Virus record (IMG/VR): IMGVR_UViG_3300023178_000060 | Coordinates: 1 to 54,487 of that record | Origin: a virus | Lineage: Duplodnaviria > Caudoviricetes | Length of the DNA: 54,487 nt | Strand: one strand, 5' to 3' | Shown here: piece by piece, positions 10,401-19,021 of the stretch | Position numbering within the stretch: the first letter of the stretch is position 1 | Layout of the letters: each line of letters starts with the position of its first letter | Made by a program: the position numbers and the translations under genes | The notes under the pieces: model-generated | Seen by the model: the letters and a program-made list of their open reading frames with translations, nothing else | What the model was told of the DNA's origin: nothing | Database searches by the model: none

Positions 10401-10785
10401 CTCCAGTCCTATTGGAATATGATGTACCCCACGATCCATCTTGTGTTCCTTCTATAACCCTCAGCAAACCCCAATTTTTGTGTTCGCTTGCCATTGTATT
10501 AGAACGCCACCAATAATCACTATCTTGGACCCAACCGTGTGGTTCTACTTCTATCCGTTTTTTGTGTTCTTCTACTGATATTATATCTAATACACGAGGA
10601 TCATTCCTTATCAGCGCAACTTCATCTTCTTCTAGCATGTAGTTAGTATTTCTACTTCTAGGTCTACGCATAGCAACATCTACATTCCTATCAGGTATAT
10701 ATAAATTACCGCCAGGTGTTTCCATATCATCGTAAAAATCATTTAAATCTTCAAAAGAATGTAGGGTAATAATGTATTCTTGCAT
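7480..10785 (-). CDS. S8 subtilisin-like serine protease with three Calx-beta/Ig-like repeats and two cupredoxin-like domains
   Basis: Catalytic triad motifs VIIVDG (Asp ~10352), HGMHVAGTVAG (His ~10163) and GTSMSSP (Ser ~9419); oxyanion-like SGGN; propeptide-like N-terminus. Three ~106-aa repeats end TINDTS, and the loops CTTHNSM and CVNHSGM are present. Confidence 0.9.
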   Translation of the reverse strand: MQEYIITLHSFEDLNDFYDDMETPGGNLYIPDRNVDVAMRRPRSRNTNYMLEEDEVALIRNDPRVLDIISVEEHKKRIEVEPHGWVQDSDYWWRSNTMASEHKNWGLLRVIEGTQDGSWGTSYSNRTGEITSTLAGNHVDVIIVDGLINPNHPEFTTNADGTGIIRFVKLDWDVFSRNIFGIADDQVVPGINHYLYGDTNSTIYGADHGMHVAGTVAGNTQGWAKSATIYNISPYSGGINNFLFYQYKYNFIQEFHETKPINPITGKKNPTIINSSYGSSWWRDMTNASITFRGTVVTNDASSLTSTQLRSYGLNGSIDGTLIRTPEIDNSEITDIQDMLAAGVIMIGSGGNDNEIYALPSEADYNNKLTTSNGTDYFYCRGDHKRMGGAIISGAADYYGNDRKAYFSAKGSAIDCYAPGMAIASSLHQTGDDTDTTKYADPRDNNFVVGKYQGTSMSSPQMTGVIACLLETQSSMTQEEVRDWFHGPGSKKDQMYDGGLDLDGYYDLVNESGEANRYLYHVQQRTTSGTSLSVLNNKREESGLVFPRVKLQTRTKKLEIGDWHKVYVHSASSASSYITLTGQDTNGYFTGQQNYTINMVVNDVLSIVNPRYATHPIIISATSAGPISANCLLTENGGVQFNPQSAGTYYYYCTTHNSMTGDIVVSASNTPTYSVTAQGGATSVNEGSTLTFDVATSNVTDGTTLYWSVSNAGDFATSTGSFNITSNAGTIDITPTSDATTEGAETFTVSVRTGSVSGTVVATSNSITINDTSQTPGPSYNIATAGNVTSIDEGSSLTFNVTTTNVADATTLYYTLTNAGDFATSSGSFTITANAGSFSVLPTADTTTEGAETFEAQIRTDSVGGTIVVTSSSITINDTSLTADPTYSVVPQNNATDVDEGTTLLMNVTTTNVDDATTLYWTVTNAGDFTTSSGSFTITSNTGSFSVQPDADATTEAVAETFQAQVRTGSTSGTIVAQTQNITINDTSQTPTFTPDYTINVTALDSNNYTMSGTDANGSVSGTDPSLTFANGDKVRFAMNVSSMHSMYVKTMNSTGTGNQAGGVVNNGAYSGNIDWTIPSSGSFHYNCVNHSGMNGPITVT
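7820..8775 (-). repeat. Three tandem ~320-bp coding repeats (Calx-beta/Ig-like domains)
   Basis: Recurring 'SV(N/D)EG..L.F.V.T.NV.D.TTLY...NAGDF.TS.GSF.IT.N.G...D.TTE..ETF...RT.S..GT.V.....TINDTS'. Confidence 0.85.
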
Positions 10786-10791
10786 TAAGAA

Positions 10792-11664
10792 TTATCCTTC
10801 TACTTGAACTAACGTGAGCGTGACAGTAATTGCTGCAGACGCACCTGATTTATTAACAACTTTTAAAGGTATATCTGTAGTCACAGGTGATTCATCATTA
10901 AAGCCAAATACACCAGGAGTTATTAGTAAAGTATCTGCTCCTGTAGTGATTGCTTCTGCTATAACTCCACTTCCAGGTAAAGGGTCAGTAGTTTCAGCTC
11001 TTGCTGCGTCGGCAGTTCTACTTGCTGTGTCTGAATATACTGTAACCCATGCTGCAGCCGATGTTTCTATTTTTAATAAATAATAACTTTTGAATCCTGT
11101 TATAGTTATGTTGTCTGCTGATCCATCTAATATTGAAGTTGTGGTTGCATTTGCAGTAGATCTTGACAATGTAGCATTATCGGCTTGATTTGCAATTGCT
11201 ACCCAAGCTCCACTATGGGCAAAGTACATCCTACCGTCTTGATGACTATGTAATATTGCTCCATGATAAGTTGATGGAGAAGGAAATGCATTTTGGTTAC
11301 TGTAATAAAACGGTATCACAGTTCCTTCTACTGCTGGAGCTACAATTGCTCCTACATCACTAATTGTAACAAGACTGTTTTGTAAGGTATCTCCTGTAGT
11401 GCTATCAAATCTTACAATTGCGTTGTCAGTGGAACTAGGCGCTTTGTTAACATCACCGGAAGCGATAGATGATATTGTTCCGTCTCCGGTTACAGTAATT
11501 GTGGTATTATCAACTTTAACAACACCTACATCTGCTGCAGTTGCTATAGGCAGAGTTGCTCCACTACTATTTGCATTCCAGCTTGTACCATCCCATGTCC
11601 AAGTTATATCACCTACTGTATGAGTATCGTTTACTAGTGGTGAATTTGGAAAATTAATTGCCAT
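10792..11664 (-). CDS. Virion structural / fibre-associated protein (290 aa)
   Basis: Thr/Ala/Ser-rich. Its N-terminal MAINFPNSP...WTWDGTSW motif is shared with 50599..51477. Confidence 0.65.
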   Translation of the reverse strand: MAINFPNSPLVNDTHTVGDITWTWDGTSWNANSSGATLPIATAADVGVVKVDNTTITVTGDGTISSIASGDVNKAPSSTDNAIVRFDSTTGDTLQNSLVTISDVGAIVAPAVEGTVIPFYYSNQNAFPSPSTYHGAILHSHQDGRMYFAHSGAWVAIANQADNATLSRSTANATTTSILDGSADNITITGFKSYYLLKIETSAAAWVTVYSDTASRTADAARAETTDPLPGSGVIAEAITTGADTLLITPGVFGFNDESPVTTDIPLKVVNKSGASAAITVTLTLVQVEG

Positions 11665-11682
11665 GTTTATCTATTCCTTTTC

Positions 11683-12894
11683 TCATAAATCATGAATAAT
11701 TATCATAATTTCGCCTAAATTTAATGGATCTTCATTCCAACGTCTAATTATAAATTCAACTTTGTCAACAAATCTTGTTGTGCCAATTTGTGCTCCATTT
11801 CCTGCTATCCAATTAGTGCCATCATAAGACGCATTGACAATGTAATCTGTTCTAGCAGAGTAAGAAGATGGAAATGTAAGGGTGTATACAACGTCTGAAT
11901 CTTGAGCTGACCCGTCACCGCCGGACTTTGATACAGTATAACCGGTCGTGCCCATCCATGTTGGATTGTTACCATTCATATCAATACAACCAATTGCAGT
12001 TGGTGAACTTTGCGAAGTACTGTAACCACTTTGTGGTGTGGCATCTACCCATTGTAAACTTGTTCCATCATTGTAATATACTTTGAGCACTCCAACAGTT
12101 GAATCCCACCAAAGATCTCCGCTTTCTGGATTTGTCGGAGTAGTGTCACTGATTGTTACACTGGCACTATTAATTGATGTTGGAACAAATCTATTATTAT
12201 CAGTAGACCATTCTAAGACTTGCCCGTCAGATATACCTGCTAAACTTACATCACTATGATTTGCAATTGTTCCATATTGTGTCAAGTATCCAATTAGACT
12301 ATGATCTCCCCAACTGTAAGCAGTGTTCCAATCAGTTATATTTTGAGTTGTAATTCCACCTGCTGGATCAGTTGGACCTATATATCCAACTAGACTATGA
12401 TCTCCCCAGCTATAAGCAGTATTCCAATCTGTAATGTTTTGAGTTGTAATTCCACCTGCTGCACTAGCTAGAAAAACTGGATCGGTTTCTGTAACTGTAT
12501 TAACTGCTGATACCCATAACGTGCCGTTGTATTGTAAGACATGTCCAGGTGTAGGATTAGATATAGATACATCTCCTAAGTCGTTTAGATTTGTATCACC
12601 TAAACTTGTTATATAACCCTGAGTAGCATGATTACCCCAATTGTATGCCGTACTCCAATTGGTAATATTTTGAGTAGTAATGTTGTAGGCTGCGCTGGCT
12701 ACAAAGACAGGATCAGTTTCTTCGTAGAATGTGATATAACCTTGGAGCGAATGATCTCCCCATCCGTATGCAGCATCCCAGTTAGGTTTGCTTGTTTCTA
12801 AAGTAGTAGTGCGGGTATTTAACTCAGAAAAATTACCGTCTAATTCTTCAAATGTTAAGGCTTCGCCTTTTGTCAATCTTAAAGTTATTGCCAT
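11683..12894 (-). CDS. Tail fibre-like protein with W-x-x-AY-x-WG-x-H repeats (403 aa)
   Basis: N-terminal LRLTKGEALTFEELDGNF fibre-type motif, four WxxAYxWG(D/N)H repeats, L.DL.DV and GQVLEW fibre motifs, and a GDLWWDS module. Confidence 0.7.
   Translation of the reverse strand: MAITLRLTKGEALTFEELDGNFSELNTRTTTLETSKPNWDAAYGWGDHSLQGYITFYEETDPVFVASAAYNITTQNITNWSTAYNWGNHATQGYITSLGDTNLNDLGDVSISNPTPGHVLQYNGTLWVSAVNTVTETDPVFLASAAGGITTQNITDWNTAYSWGDHSLVGYIGPTDPAGGITTQNITDWNTAYSWGDHSLIGYLTQYGTIANHSDVSLAGISDGQVLEWSTDNNRFVPTSINSASVTISDTTPTNPESGDLWWDSTVGVLKVYYNDGTSLQWVDATPQSGYSTSQSSPTAIGCIDMNGNNPTWMGTTGYTVSKSGGDGSAQDSDVVYTLTFPSSYSARTDYIVNASYDGTNWIAGNGAQIGTTRFVDKVEFIIRRWNEDPLNLGEIMIIIHDL
12287..12461. 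repeat. Tandem coding duplication, two 79-bp copies with 96-bp period
   Basis: 12287-12365 and 12383-12461 both encode AGGITTQNITDWNTAYSWGDHSL.G; differences are nearly all at synonymous positions. Confidence 0.9.
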
Positions 12895-13361
12895 TATAGT
12901 ACATATCCTTGTTCAACATATCCAGTTGTTATATATTGTGATGTATCTGGATCATCTTGGTCTTGCCCAAAACCAATATTATCAGGTTCAGTATTTACTT
13001 TATCTCCAATTGATCGCAATTCAGTAAGGGCATTATTATTTGCAGTCCTATACCCTAATTGTGAAGTTTTACCTCTGCTAGCATTTAATATTTTTGCAAC
13101 CACAGTAGATAAATTCGGCTCATTTAATTTTCCTAGCGTGTCTATTAGTGCAAAGACAGATATCCTTTCTTTTTTGGCCTGTGTCATTATAACCTGGCTA
13201 ACTGTACGTGATGCCGTTTCGCCAAAATTTCTTTTATCAAAAAAACCAACAACAGCATCGTATTCGGAAATTGGAAATTGTATTTTTTTAGTAAAATATG
13301 AATCGAAAAATTCAACAACTTTCTGTTCTGATTTTTTTTCTTTTGTTGGTAATGCTGACAT
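12894..13361 (-). CDS. Hypothetical phage protein (155 aa)
   Basis: ORF coupled to the downstream gene; C-terminal YITTGYVEQGYV. Confidence 0.7.
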   Translation of the reverse strand: MSALPTKEKKSEQKVVEFFDSYFTKKIQFPISEYDAVVGFFDKRNFGETASRTVSQVIMTQAKKERISVFALIDTLGKLNEPNLSTVVAKILNASRGKTSQLGYRTANNNALTELRSIGDKVNTEPDNIGFGQDQDDPDTSQYITTGYVEQGYVL

Positions 13362-13369
13362 AAAAATCC

Positions 13370-14428
13370 TTATAAACTTGGAAATTCTAAATTCTGTAAT
13401 CCACTTACTGTATTATCGTAAAAATCTTCATTTGCTCCGGTAATAACATTAGTTATATCTTCACGGACTCCTGCTTCTGTTAAATCCTGTATATTACCTA
13501 TTAAATTTACACCTGCAAGGACTGCTGCGATTGGATTGTTAAATCCTTTACCCGTTCTTGTGTAATCAAATAAATCTACTCCCCCTGATAATATTGCACC
13601 TAACGATACTGAACCACCACCTACAAGAGTGTTTGGACTAGGAGTTGCATCATAATGCGCTAAATCTCCAAATCCTACCGGTTCTCCTTGTCCGCCTTCT
13701 GTTACTCCGCCCCGGTCAATCCATACAGTCTCATATGCAACTGTCATACTGTTTTCATTTATATCACTTCCAGGAGAAGAATCTACGTTACCATGATTCC
13801 ACTCTGTTATTATAGGGTTAACTAGAGTATAGGTAGTGTAGGTATGCCTTGTCATTTGGCTTATTTGAATATTTACAATAAAAGGATCTGTTATGCCATT
13901 ATGTAATCCAAATGCATATTTATTGCGAACTTCTCCCTTGTATGTACTATCACCTGCATCAGCTTGACCGTACAATTTATTAAAAGCGCCTTTAGCCATA
14001 TCAGACAATCCATAATTCCCATCTAGATAATAGTATCTATAATAAGCTTCTAACATTCCTGTTATAATGCCTAAATTATCGTCATGGAAATTTATTGTAA
14101 TAGGATTGTAAGTAAGTCCTGTTTGTATTTGTTTTGTTCTATTATATTTTTTTTTTGCTTCTACATTTGCAGTAAAAGACGGTAGTGTAGAATTTTTTAC
14201 AAGTAAACCTGCTTCTAATTTATGTTTTTGATCCCATGACAGCAATGTCTTTTGCATTGCAGGACTGAATGTAAAAGCGACATGGTATAGAAACTTTACT
14301 TTAGGCGCAAGTCTAAATGAATTTTTAGCAAAGGTCCTGCTAGCATGCCTAGCATCACCTAAATTTCCTTTTGGATTTAGGGTTCCTGATAAAAGATTAT
14401 CAAAGAATCCATTGAATGCATTACTCAT
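13370..14428 (-). CDS. Tail tube-like paralog / tube initiator (gp19/gp48/gp54-like fold)
   Basis: LLVKNSTLPSF...YNR...YNPITINFHDD parallels VVDVTKPNL...YNS...WEPITINLRED of the adjacent tube protein. Confidence 0.7.
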   Translation of the reverse strand: MSNAFNGFFDNLLSGTLNPKGNLGDARHASRTFAKNSFRLAPKVKFLYHVAFTFSPAMQKTLLSWDQKHKLEAGLLVKNSTLPSFTANVEAKKKYNRTKQIQTGLTYNPITINFHDDNLGIITGMLEAYYRYYYLDGNYGLSDMAKGAFNKLYGQADAGDSTYKGEVRNKYAFGLHNGITDPFIVNIQISQMTRHTYTTYTLVNPIITEWNHGNVDSSPGSDINENSMTVAYETVWIDRGGVTEGGQGEPVGFGDLAHYDATPSPNTLVGGGSVSLGAILSGGVDLFDYTRTGKGFNNPIAAVLAGVNLIGNIQDLTEAGVREDITNVITGANEDFYDNTVSGLQNLEFPSL

Positions 14429-14445
14429 AATTTACTTTACTATCG

Positions 14446-14465
14446 AAAGGGCAGGTTTACTGCCC
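14446..14465 (-). terminator. GC-rich hairpin after tail tube gene (weak terminator or mRNA stabiliser)
   Basis: Minus strand GGGCAG-TAAAC-CTGCCC followed by only TTT, 14 nt after the tube gene stop. Confidence 0.55.
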
Positions 14466-14478
14466 ATTATTGGAATTT

Positions 14479-15105
14479 TTATGAACCGCCACCTGTAGCT
14501 AATGTGCTAATATTTCTACCTATAGCAGTACCTATACCTGTACCTTGAGGTGTTTGTATAGCATTATCATAGCGTACACTCAATGTAATAGTGACAGGAG
14601 CAGATTCAGCATAATTTAAAGAATTATAATTTGCACTTTCTAAGTAGCATCCGTATAATTCAAAAGTTTCTAAAATACCCGGAGTATTTGCTCCGTTGCC
14701 GCCATCTAGAATTTCTATTTTAGTAGTAAATTTGTAATCTAATCCAGATGCTGCACTTGATTGCTCATAAAAATCAAATTGCTTTTGAAGTTGCTCACCT
14801 ACTAATAGTTGGACTTCATTATTAACATCTTCTCTTAAATTAATTGTAATCGGTTCCCAATTGTGCTTTCCAGCCAAATATACCCTAGAGTTATACACAT
14901 CTAATGTAATTTGATCAAAAGTTAAATTAGGTTTTGTTACATCTACAACTTGTTTTGTTAATTCTGTTGTAGGGGTACTGTTGCCAAAATTTTGAAAAGA
15001 TACCCTAAATCTATATTGTAATTTTGGCATCAATAGTGCCTGCGAACTGGGGCTGTCCCCAGTTGCAAGTGGCACTGTCATTTTTGATAAAGTTGCTATA
15101 GCCAT
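14479..15105 (-). CDS. Tail tube protein (gp19-like)
   Basis: Immediately downstream of the sheath; motifs PKLQYRFRV, YLAGKHNWEPITI and ITLSVRYDNA; strong AGGAG RBS. Confidence 0.85.
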   Translation of the reverse strand: MAIATLSKMTVPLATGDSPSSQALLMPKLQYRFRVSFQNFGNSTPTTELTKQVVDVTKPNLTFDQITLDVYNSRVYLAGKHNWEPITINLREDVNNEVQLLVGEQLQKQFDFYEQSSAASGLDYKFTTKIEILDGGNGANTPGILETFELYGCYLESANYNSLNYAESAPVTITLSVRYDNAIQTPQGTGIGTAIGRNISTLATGGGS

Positions 15106-15127
15106 TAAATCGCTCCTAATTTATTAT

Positions 15128-15135
15128 TATTTATC
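15128..15135 (-). promoter_or_regulatory. Late promoter-like box GATAAATA upstream of tail tube
   Basis: Intergenic and followed by an AGGAG RBS. Confidence 0.65.
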
Positions 15136-15138
15136 GTA

Positions 15139-18100
15139 TTATAAACCAGATATTTCACCTGTGTTTTTAATTCTTAAAGGTATGTAAATAAACTCGATAG
15201 CTTTTACCGGCTCTATTGCAATATCTACATACAACTCATTTCTGTCAATTCTTGCAGGTGTATTATTTGATTCATCACAGACAACAAGGAAGTCATACAG
15301 TGCTCTAAGACCAACTAATTCTAATAGTAATGTTTCTACCTGCTGTTTGATTTCATCGCGTGTAATTTTATCATTTGGTTCAAATAAGTATGGTTTTGCC
15401 AATACTTTTAGTTGACTTCTAAGATAGATAATTAAGCGAGCAACGTTTATTCTATCTAAAGCACTTGCAGTAAGTTGTCTAGTTTTTTGACCAAAACACA
15501 CTAAACCTGCACCTGTAATGAACGTAATTGGATTAACGTTATTTGAATACAATGTATCACGTAGTCCTTCATTCATTGCAAGACTTTTAAATTCACCTTC
15601 TGATGTAATGTATCCGCTTGCTGTAGCATTTGTGATATTTCCTCTCCGTGTCCCTGCTGGCGCAAACCATGGATAAGCAACTTGATCACTCAAAGCGATT
15701 GTTCTCAACATCATATGACTTGCAGGAACAACTACGTTATTACCAAAATTGTCGCTTGTAAATCCGGATGGATAATAAACAGCCATGTAAGGATCTGAGC
15801 TAACAAGTCCTGTATCATTGTCTTCAGTTGCATTGTTAACATTTGTTGCCCAATTATTTAAATTAGTGCCTGTAGCTTCTAATCTAAATGGTGAGTCACC
15901 TACTATAAATGCTGTTAGACCTCTATCATAATTTAGTGTATTAAGTTCACCAATAAGTTCTGGATAGCCAGGACATGCCATTAAATTGAATAATCTTGAC
16001 TCATCATCACGTATTTCTTCATTGCTATTTACAAGAGCTTGAAGTGCTTGTACAACAACTTTACGTTGAGCAATTCGGCCAAATGAACCTGATCCGTCTT
16101 CTTGGTTCCCAGATTCTGTAACCCATCGATCAGGTACATATCCATCCATGGGTTCGTCGTTATATCGGATATTTTTTGTAGCAGTGTTTACGTAATTTTT
16201 TCTGAATCTCTTTACATTGAAACCACTTCTGCGTAAGTTGAATAATAACATTCCTTTAGGATATAATGCTGGATCCGGTCCATCTGGATCCATATAATCG
16301 GAATACAATAAATCTGCAATTTCTCCCGGCATATCACTATTTGCTCCTGCAGTGTTATATCTAGCATCCGCAAATAAAACTCCATTTTCAGAGGTTTGAT
16401 CAGTAGTATCAACTGTAAACCATCTTCTCACAAGTGGAATATCAGTCCTTCCTGCATTGAACTTATACATTACTGGAAAGTTGTCAATGTCTGATGTATC
16501 TATCCACAAATCGCCAGTAACTAAAGCAGTTCCGTCACTTTGAGTAAGAGGTATACTTGCACTAACAATTGGTCCATTTGGGTCTGTTTGAGCAGTTTCA
16601 TCTGCATCATAGTAAGGACTTGCTGTTGCGCTTTGGCCACTTGATCCATCATACAAATATCCAACAAATTCGTTACCATTATGCACTAAAATATCAACTT
16701 CATCAACTATAGAATTATACCAAAGTGTTTGGTCTTCGGTTGCACCTAATACTTCATTATCGCTAGCCGTATAGGTTAAAACTTTCCATAAAGATGCTTG
16801 TAATTCTGAAGGACTAGTAGTATTATCAGTTCCTAGTACATAGTATAAGTTAGGAGTTCCATTATTTTCATCCACAAAAGGAGTAAATCCTGCTTCTGCT
16901 AAACTACCATCAGTATCAACAAATTTAATTTCACCTCCAAGGCTATGTAATATTTGAACTTTATTTTGGCTTGTTACTGTAGCACTAACATTGTCTACAC
17001 CAGCATCACTTATTGCAGAAGCTAGTAAAGTTGCATCACTTGCTTGTCCTGTTGGATCAAAACTAACAGTTACAGGACTACTCATTGCTAAAGATCCATT
17101 ATCTGTAGAACTTATTGTAAAAGTTTTTGTTCCTGCTGTAAGAGATCCTACAGAAATCTTTGTTCCAGTGACTGTGGTAGGTGCTATGTTATCTCTTCTA
17201 TACAGTTTTATTGTTGCTGTTGGTCTAAAACCTTTGCCTACATCTGAAAGTGCATATAGTTGTCCTGTTAATAAATTTACTCCACCACCGGATCTATCCA
17301 TTTCGTACAATGCTTCAGCATTACTTGGATAAATGTTAATGTCTTGACCTTCCCATAACTTTGTACTATCATTCCATTTTTTTACATCAAGTTTTGCCCC
17401 TAAATTAGGAATAGTGGTTTTTAACCATACACTTCCAGTTGGTCTAGGCCTAGTATCTAGCGCCTTAAATTCTGGTATAGATGTGTGTTTTGATATTTGT
17501 AATTTTGGAATATATCGTGTTGCAATTGTAGGTGTGCCTGTATCTGCTGTAATGCCAATTTCAGCAAATCCGTCTATGTCTGCACTAGGTGAATTTGTAA
17601 TTGTCATATGCGATACCCAGCCGCCGTCGCTAAATCTACCTGTTGTATAAATTTCTAATCTACCATCAACTGCTTGGGCACTAACATTGCCTGCTACATA
17701 AACAGTGTTAATTGTTAACGCAACATCAGCAGCAGTGTCTCCAGGATTCAACGCAATTGATACTGCTTGTCCAGATTCGGCGTGTGTAGTTCCGTCTTCT
17801 TGATACAAAGTAATTTCTAGTGCTGCAGCTTGTGCTCCTGCAAACTCGAATACATTTGTTCCTTTTGCAGTTGGCCAACTTTTTACCCACTGATCACTTC
17901 CAACTAAAACCCAATCTCCTGATCTATTTCTATAAAATGCACGGTTTAAAGTAGATGTTGCAACAACTGCATACTGTCCAATTGATCCTACTGTTTTTGC
18001 TGGGATATAACCGGCAAATCCATTTACAGATAATGACCCTGTATTCGATGTTTCAGTTTCATCCGTAATTACAATAGGCTCTTTATTTGTAAACACCTGT

Positions 18101-18573
18101 CCATCATTAATTAATGATTCACCATTCCATTCTTGCAAACCCCATAGTGTTGTACTTGTGTCAAACCAATACGCACCGTCCATTGGCGCTGCACCTGGTG
18201 CTGTAGGTGATCCTTCTAACTCTGCCAAATCAATATCGGCTCTAACTACATAGGCTCTATTTGCTATACCAAGAAAACTGTAAGCTGTTTGCAATCCATA
18301 TTCATTTAATTCTGATCCATGGATAGGATTATTATTATTGTCTGTTTTAAAAATAGGATCTCCGAATGTATCTACTAAATCACGCTGAGATGTTAGTAAA
18401 TAAGGAACACCTGCGTTGCTGGCTAAAGTTCCTGCTGCTGTTCCTGATCCTGATCCGTTAGGTTTGTTGCCTGCTGTTGCAACAAAAATACAAGGTAATG
18501 TACCTGGTTCTGCTGGGGTATAAAAACTTTCGTCAACGACTTTAACTTCTACACCTGGTGATACTAGTGCCAT
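15139..18573 (-). CDS. Tail sheath protein (gp18-like) with large central insertion
   Basis: N-terminal LVSPGVEVKVVDES. C-terminal motifs PWFAPAGTRRG, RDTLYSNNVNPI, FGQKT, SALDRINVARL, LFEPND, VVCDESNNTP, IDRNEL and PVKAIEFIYI. Confidence 0.97.
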   Translation of the reverse strand: MALVSPGVEVKVVDESFYTPAEPGTLPCIFVATAGNKPNGSGSGTAAGTLASNAGVPYLLTSQRDLVDTFGDPIFKTDNNNNPIHGSELNEYGLQTAYSFLGIANRAYVVRADIDLAELEGSPTAPGAAPMDGAYWFDTSTTLWGLQEWNGESLINDGQVFTNKEPIVITDETETSNTGSLSVNGFAGYIPAKTVGSIGQYAVVATSTLNRAFYRNRSGDWVLVGSDQWVKSWPTAKGTNVFEFAGAQAAALEITLYQEDGTTHAESGQAVSIALNPGDTAADVALTINTVYVAGNVSAQAVDGRLEIYTTGRFSDGGWVSHMTITNSPSADIDGFAEIGITADTGTPTIATRYIPKLQISKHTSIPEFKALDTRPRPTGSVWLKTTIPNLGAKLDVKKWNDSTKLWEGQDINIYPSNAEALYEMDRSGGGVNLLTGQLYALSDVGKGFRPTATIKLYRRDNIAPTTVTGTKISVGSLTAGTKTFTISSTDNGSLAMSSPVTVSFDPTGQASDATLLASAISDAGVDNVSATVTSQNKVQILHSLGGEIKFVDTDGSLAEAGFTPFVDENNGTPNLYYVLGTDNTTSPSELQASLWKVLTYTASDNEVLGATEDQTLWYNSIVDEVDILVHNGNEFVGYLYDGSSGQSATASPYYDADETAQTDPNGPIVSASIPLTQSDGTALVTGDLWIDTSDIDNFPVMYKFNAGRTDIPLVRRWFTVDTTDQTSENGVLFADARYNTAGANSDMPGEIADLLYSDYMDPDGPDPALYPKGMLLFNLRRSGFNVKRFRKNYVNTATKNIRYNDEPMDGYVPDRWVTESGNQEDGSGSFGRIAQRKVVVQALQALVNSNEEIRDDESRLFNLMACPGYPELIGELNTLNYDRGLTAFIVGDSPFRLEATGTNLNNWATNVNNATEDNDTGLVSSDPYMAVYYPSGFTSDNFGNNVVVPASHMMLRTIALSDQVAYPWFAPAGTRRGNITNATASGYITSEGEFKSLAMNEGLRDTLYSNNVNPITFITGAGLVCFGQKTRQLTASALDRINVARLIIYLRSQLKVLAKPYLFEPNDKITRDEIKQQVETLLLELVGLRALYDFLVVCDESNNTPARIDRNELYVDIAIEPVKAIEFIYIPLRIKNTGEISGL

Positions 18574-18608
18574 AATCTATTCTCCTCTAAGGCTGATATT
18601 TCTACTAG

Positions 18609-18616
18609 TATTTAGT
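18609..18616 (-). promoter_or_regulatory. Late promoter-like box ACTAAATA upstream of tail sheath
   Basis: Intergenic and upstream of the GAGGAG RBS; a similar GCTAAATA lies at 31151-31158. Confidence 0.55.
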
Positions 18617-18682
18617 TATTTTTATTAAAATTAGGTTTTTGTAACACCAAAAAAGGGGTATAAAAGGTTAGGTAAATAGAAT

Positions 18683-19021
18683 ATGAGACCTTTGTGCATC
18701 TGTGGATTTAGACCTGCAGCTATTAATTATGTAAAAAATGATAAGATATACTATAGAAAAAAATGTGAGCGTTGTTTAAAACACAATAATGTTGCGGTAG
18801 GAATACCTTTATGGAAGCAACGGGGATATTTAAAAAAAAAATTATGCGAAAAATGCGGATACAAAAGTCAATATGACGAACAATTTAATGTTTATCATAT
18901 TGACGGAAATTTAAAAAATTGTAGAATAAGTAACCTAAAGACAATTTGTGCAAATTGTCAGCGAATTCTTCATAAAGAAGGTATAAAATGGAAGCAGGGA
19001 GATTTAATTCCGGATTTTTAA
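18683..19021 (+). CDS. Zn-finger / HNH-like endonuclease (possibly degenerate)
   Basis: CxC, CERC, CEKC and YHIDGNLKNCRISNLKTICANCQ (HNH-type spacing). Confidence 0.75.
   Translation: MRPLCICGFRPAAINYVKNDKIYYRKKCERCLKHNNVAVGIPLWKQRGYLKKKLCEKCGYKSQYDEQFNVYHIDGNLKNCRISNLKTICANCQRILHKEGIKWKQGDLIPDF

Noticed and set aside
12287-12461. Near-identical repeat pair as a possible DGR template/variable repeat or CRISPR
   Set aside because: Both copies are in-frame coding, mismatches are at wobble positions and not adenine-specific, and there is no reverse transcriptase, spacer or cas gene in the window.
18574-18682. Longest intergenic gap as a possible ncRNA, tRNA or origin
   Set aside because: It is only about 110 bp and is explained by two divergent promoter boxes and an RBS; no cloverleaf or iterons are visible.
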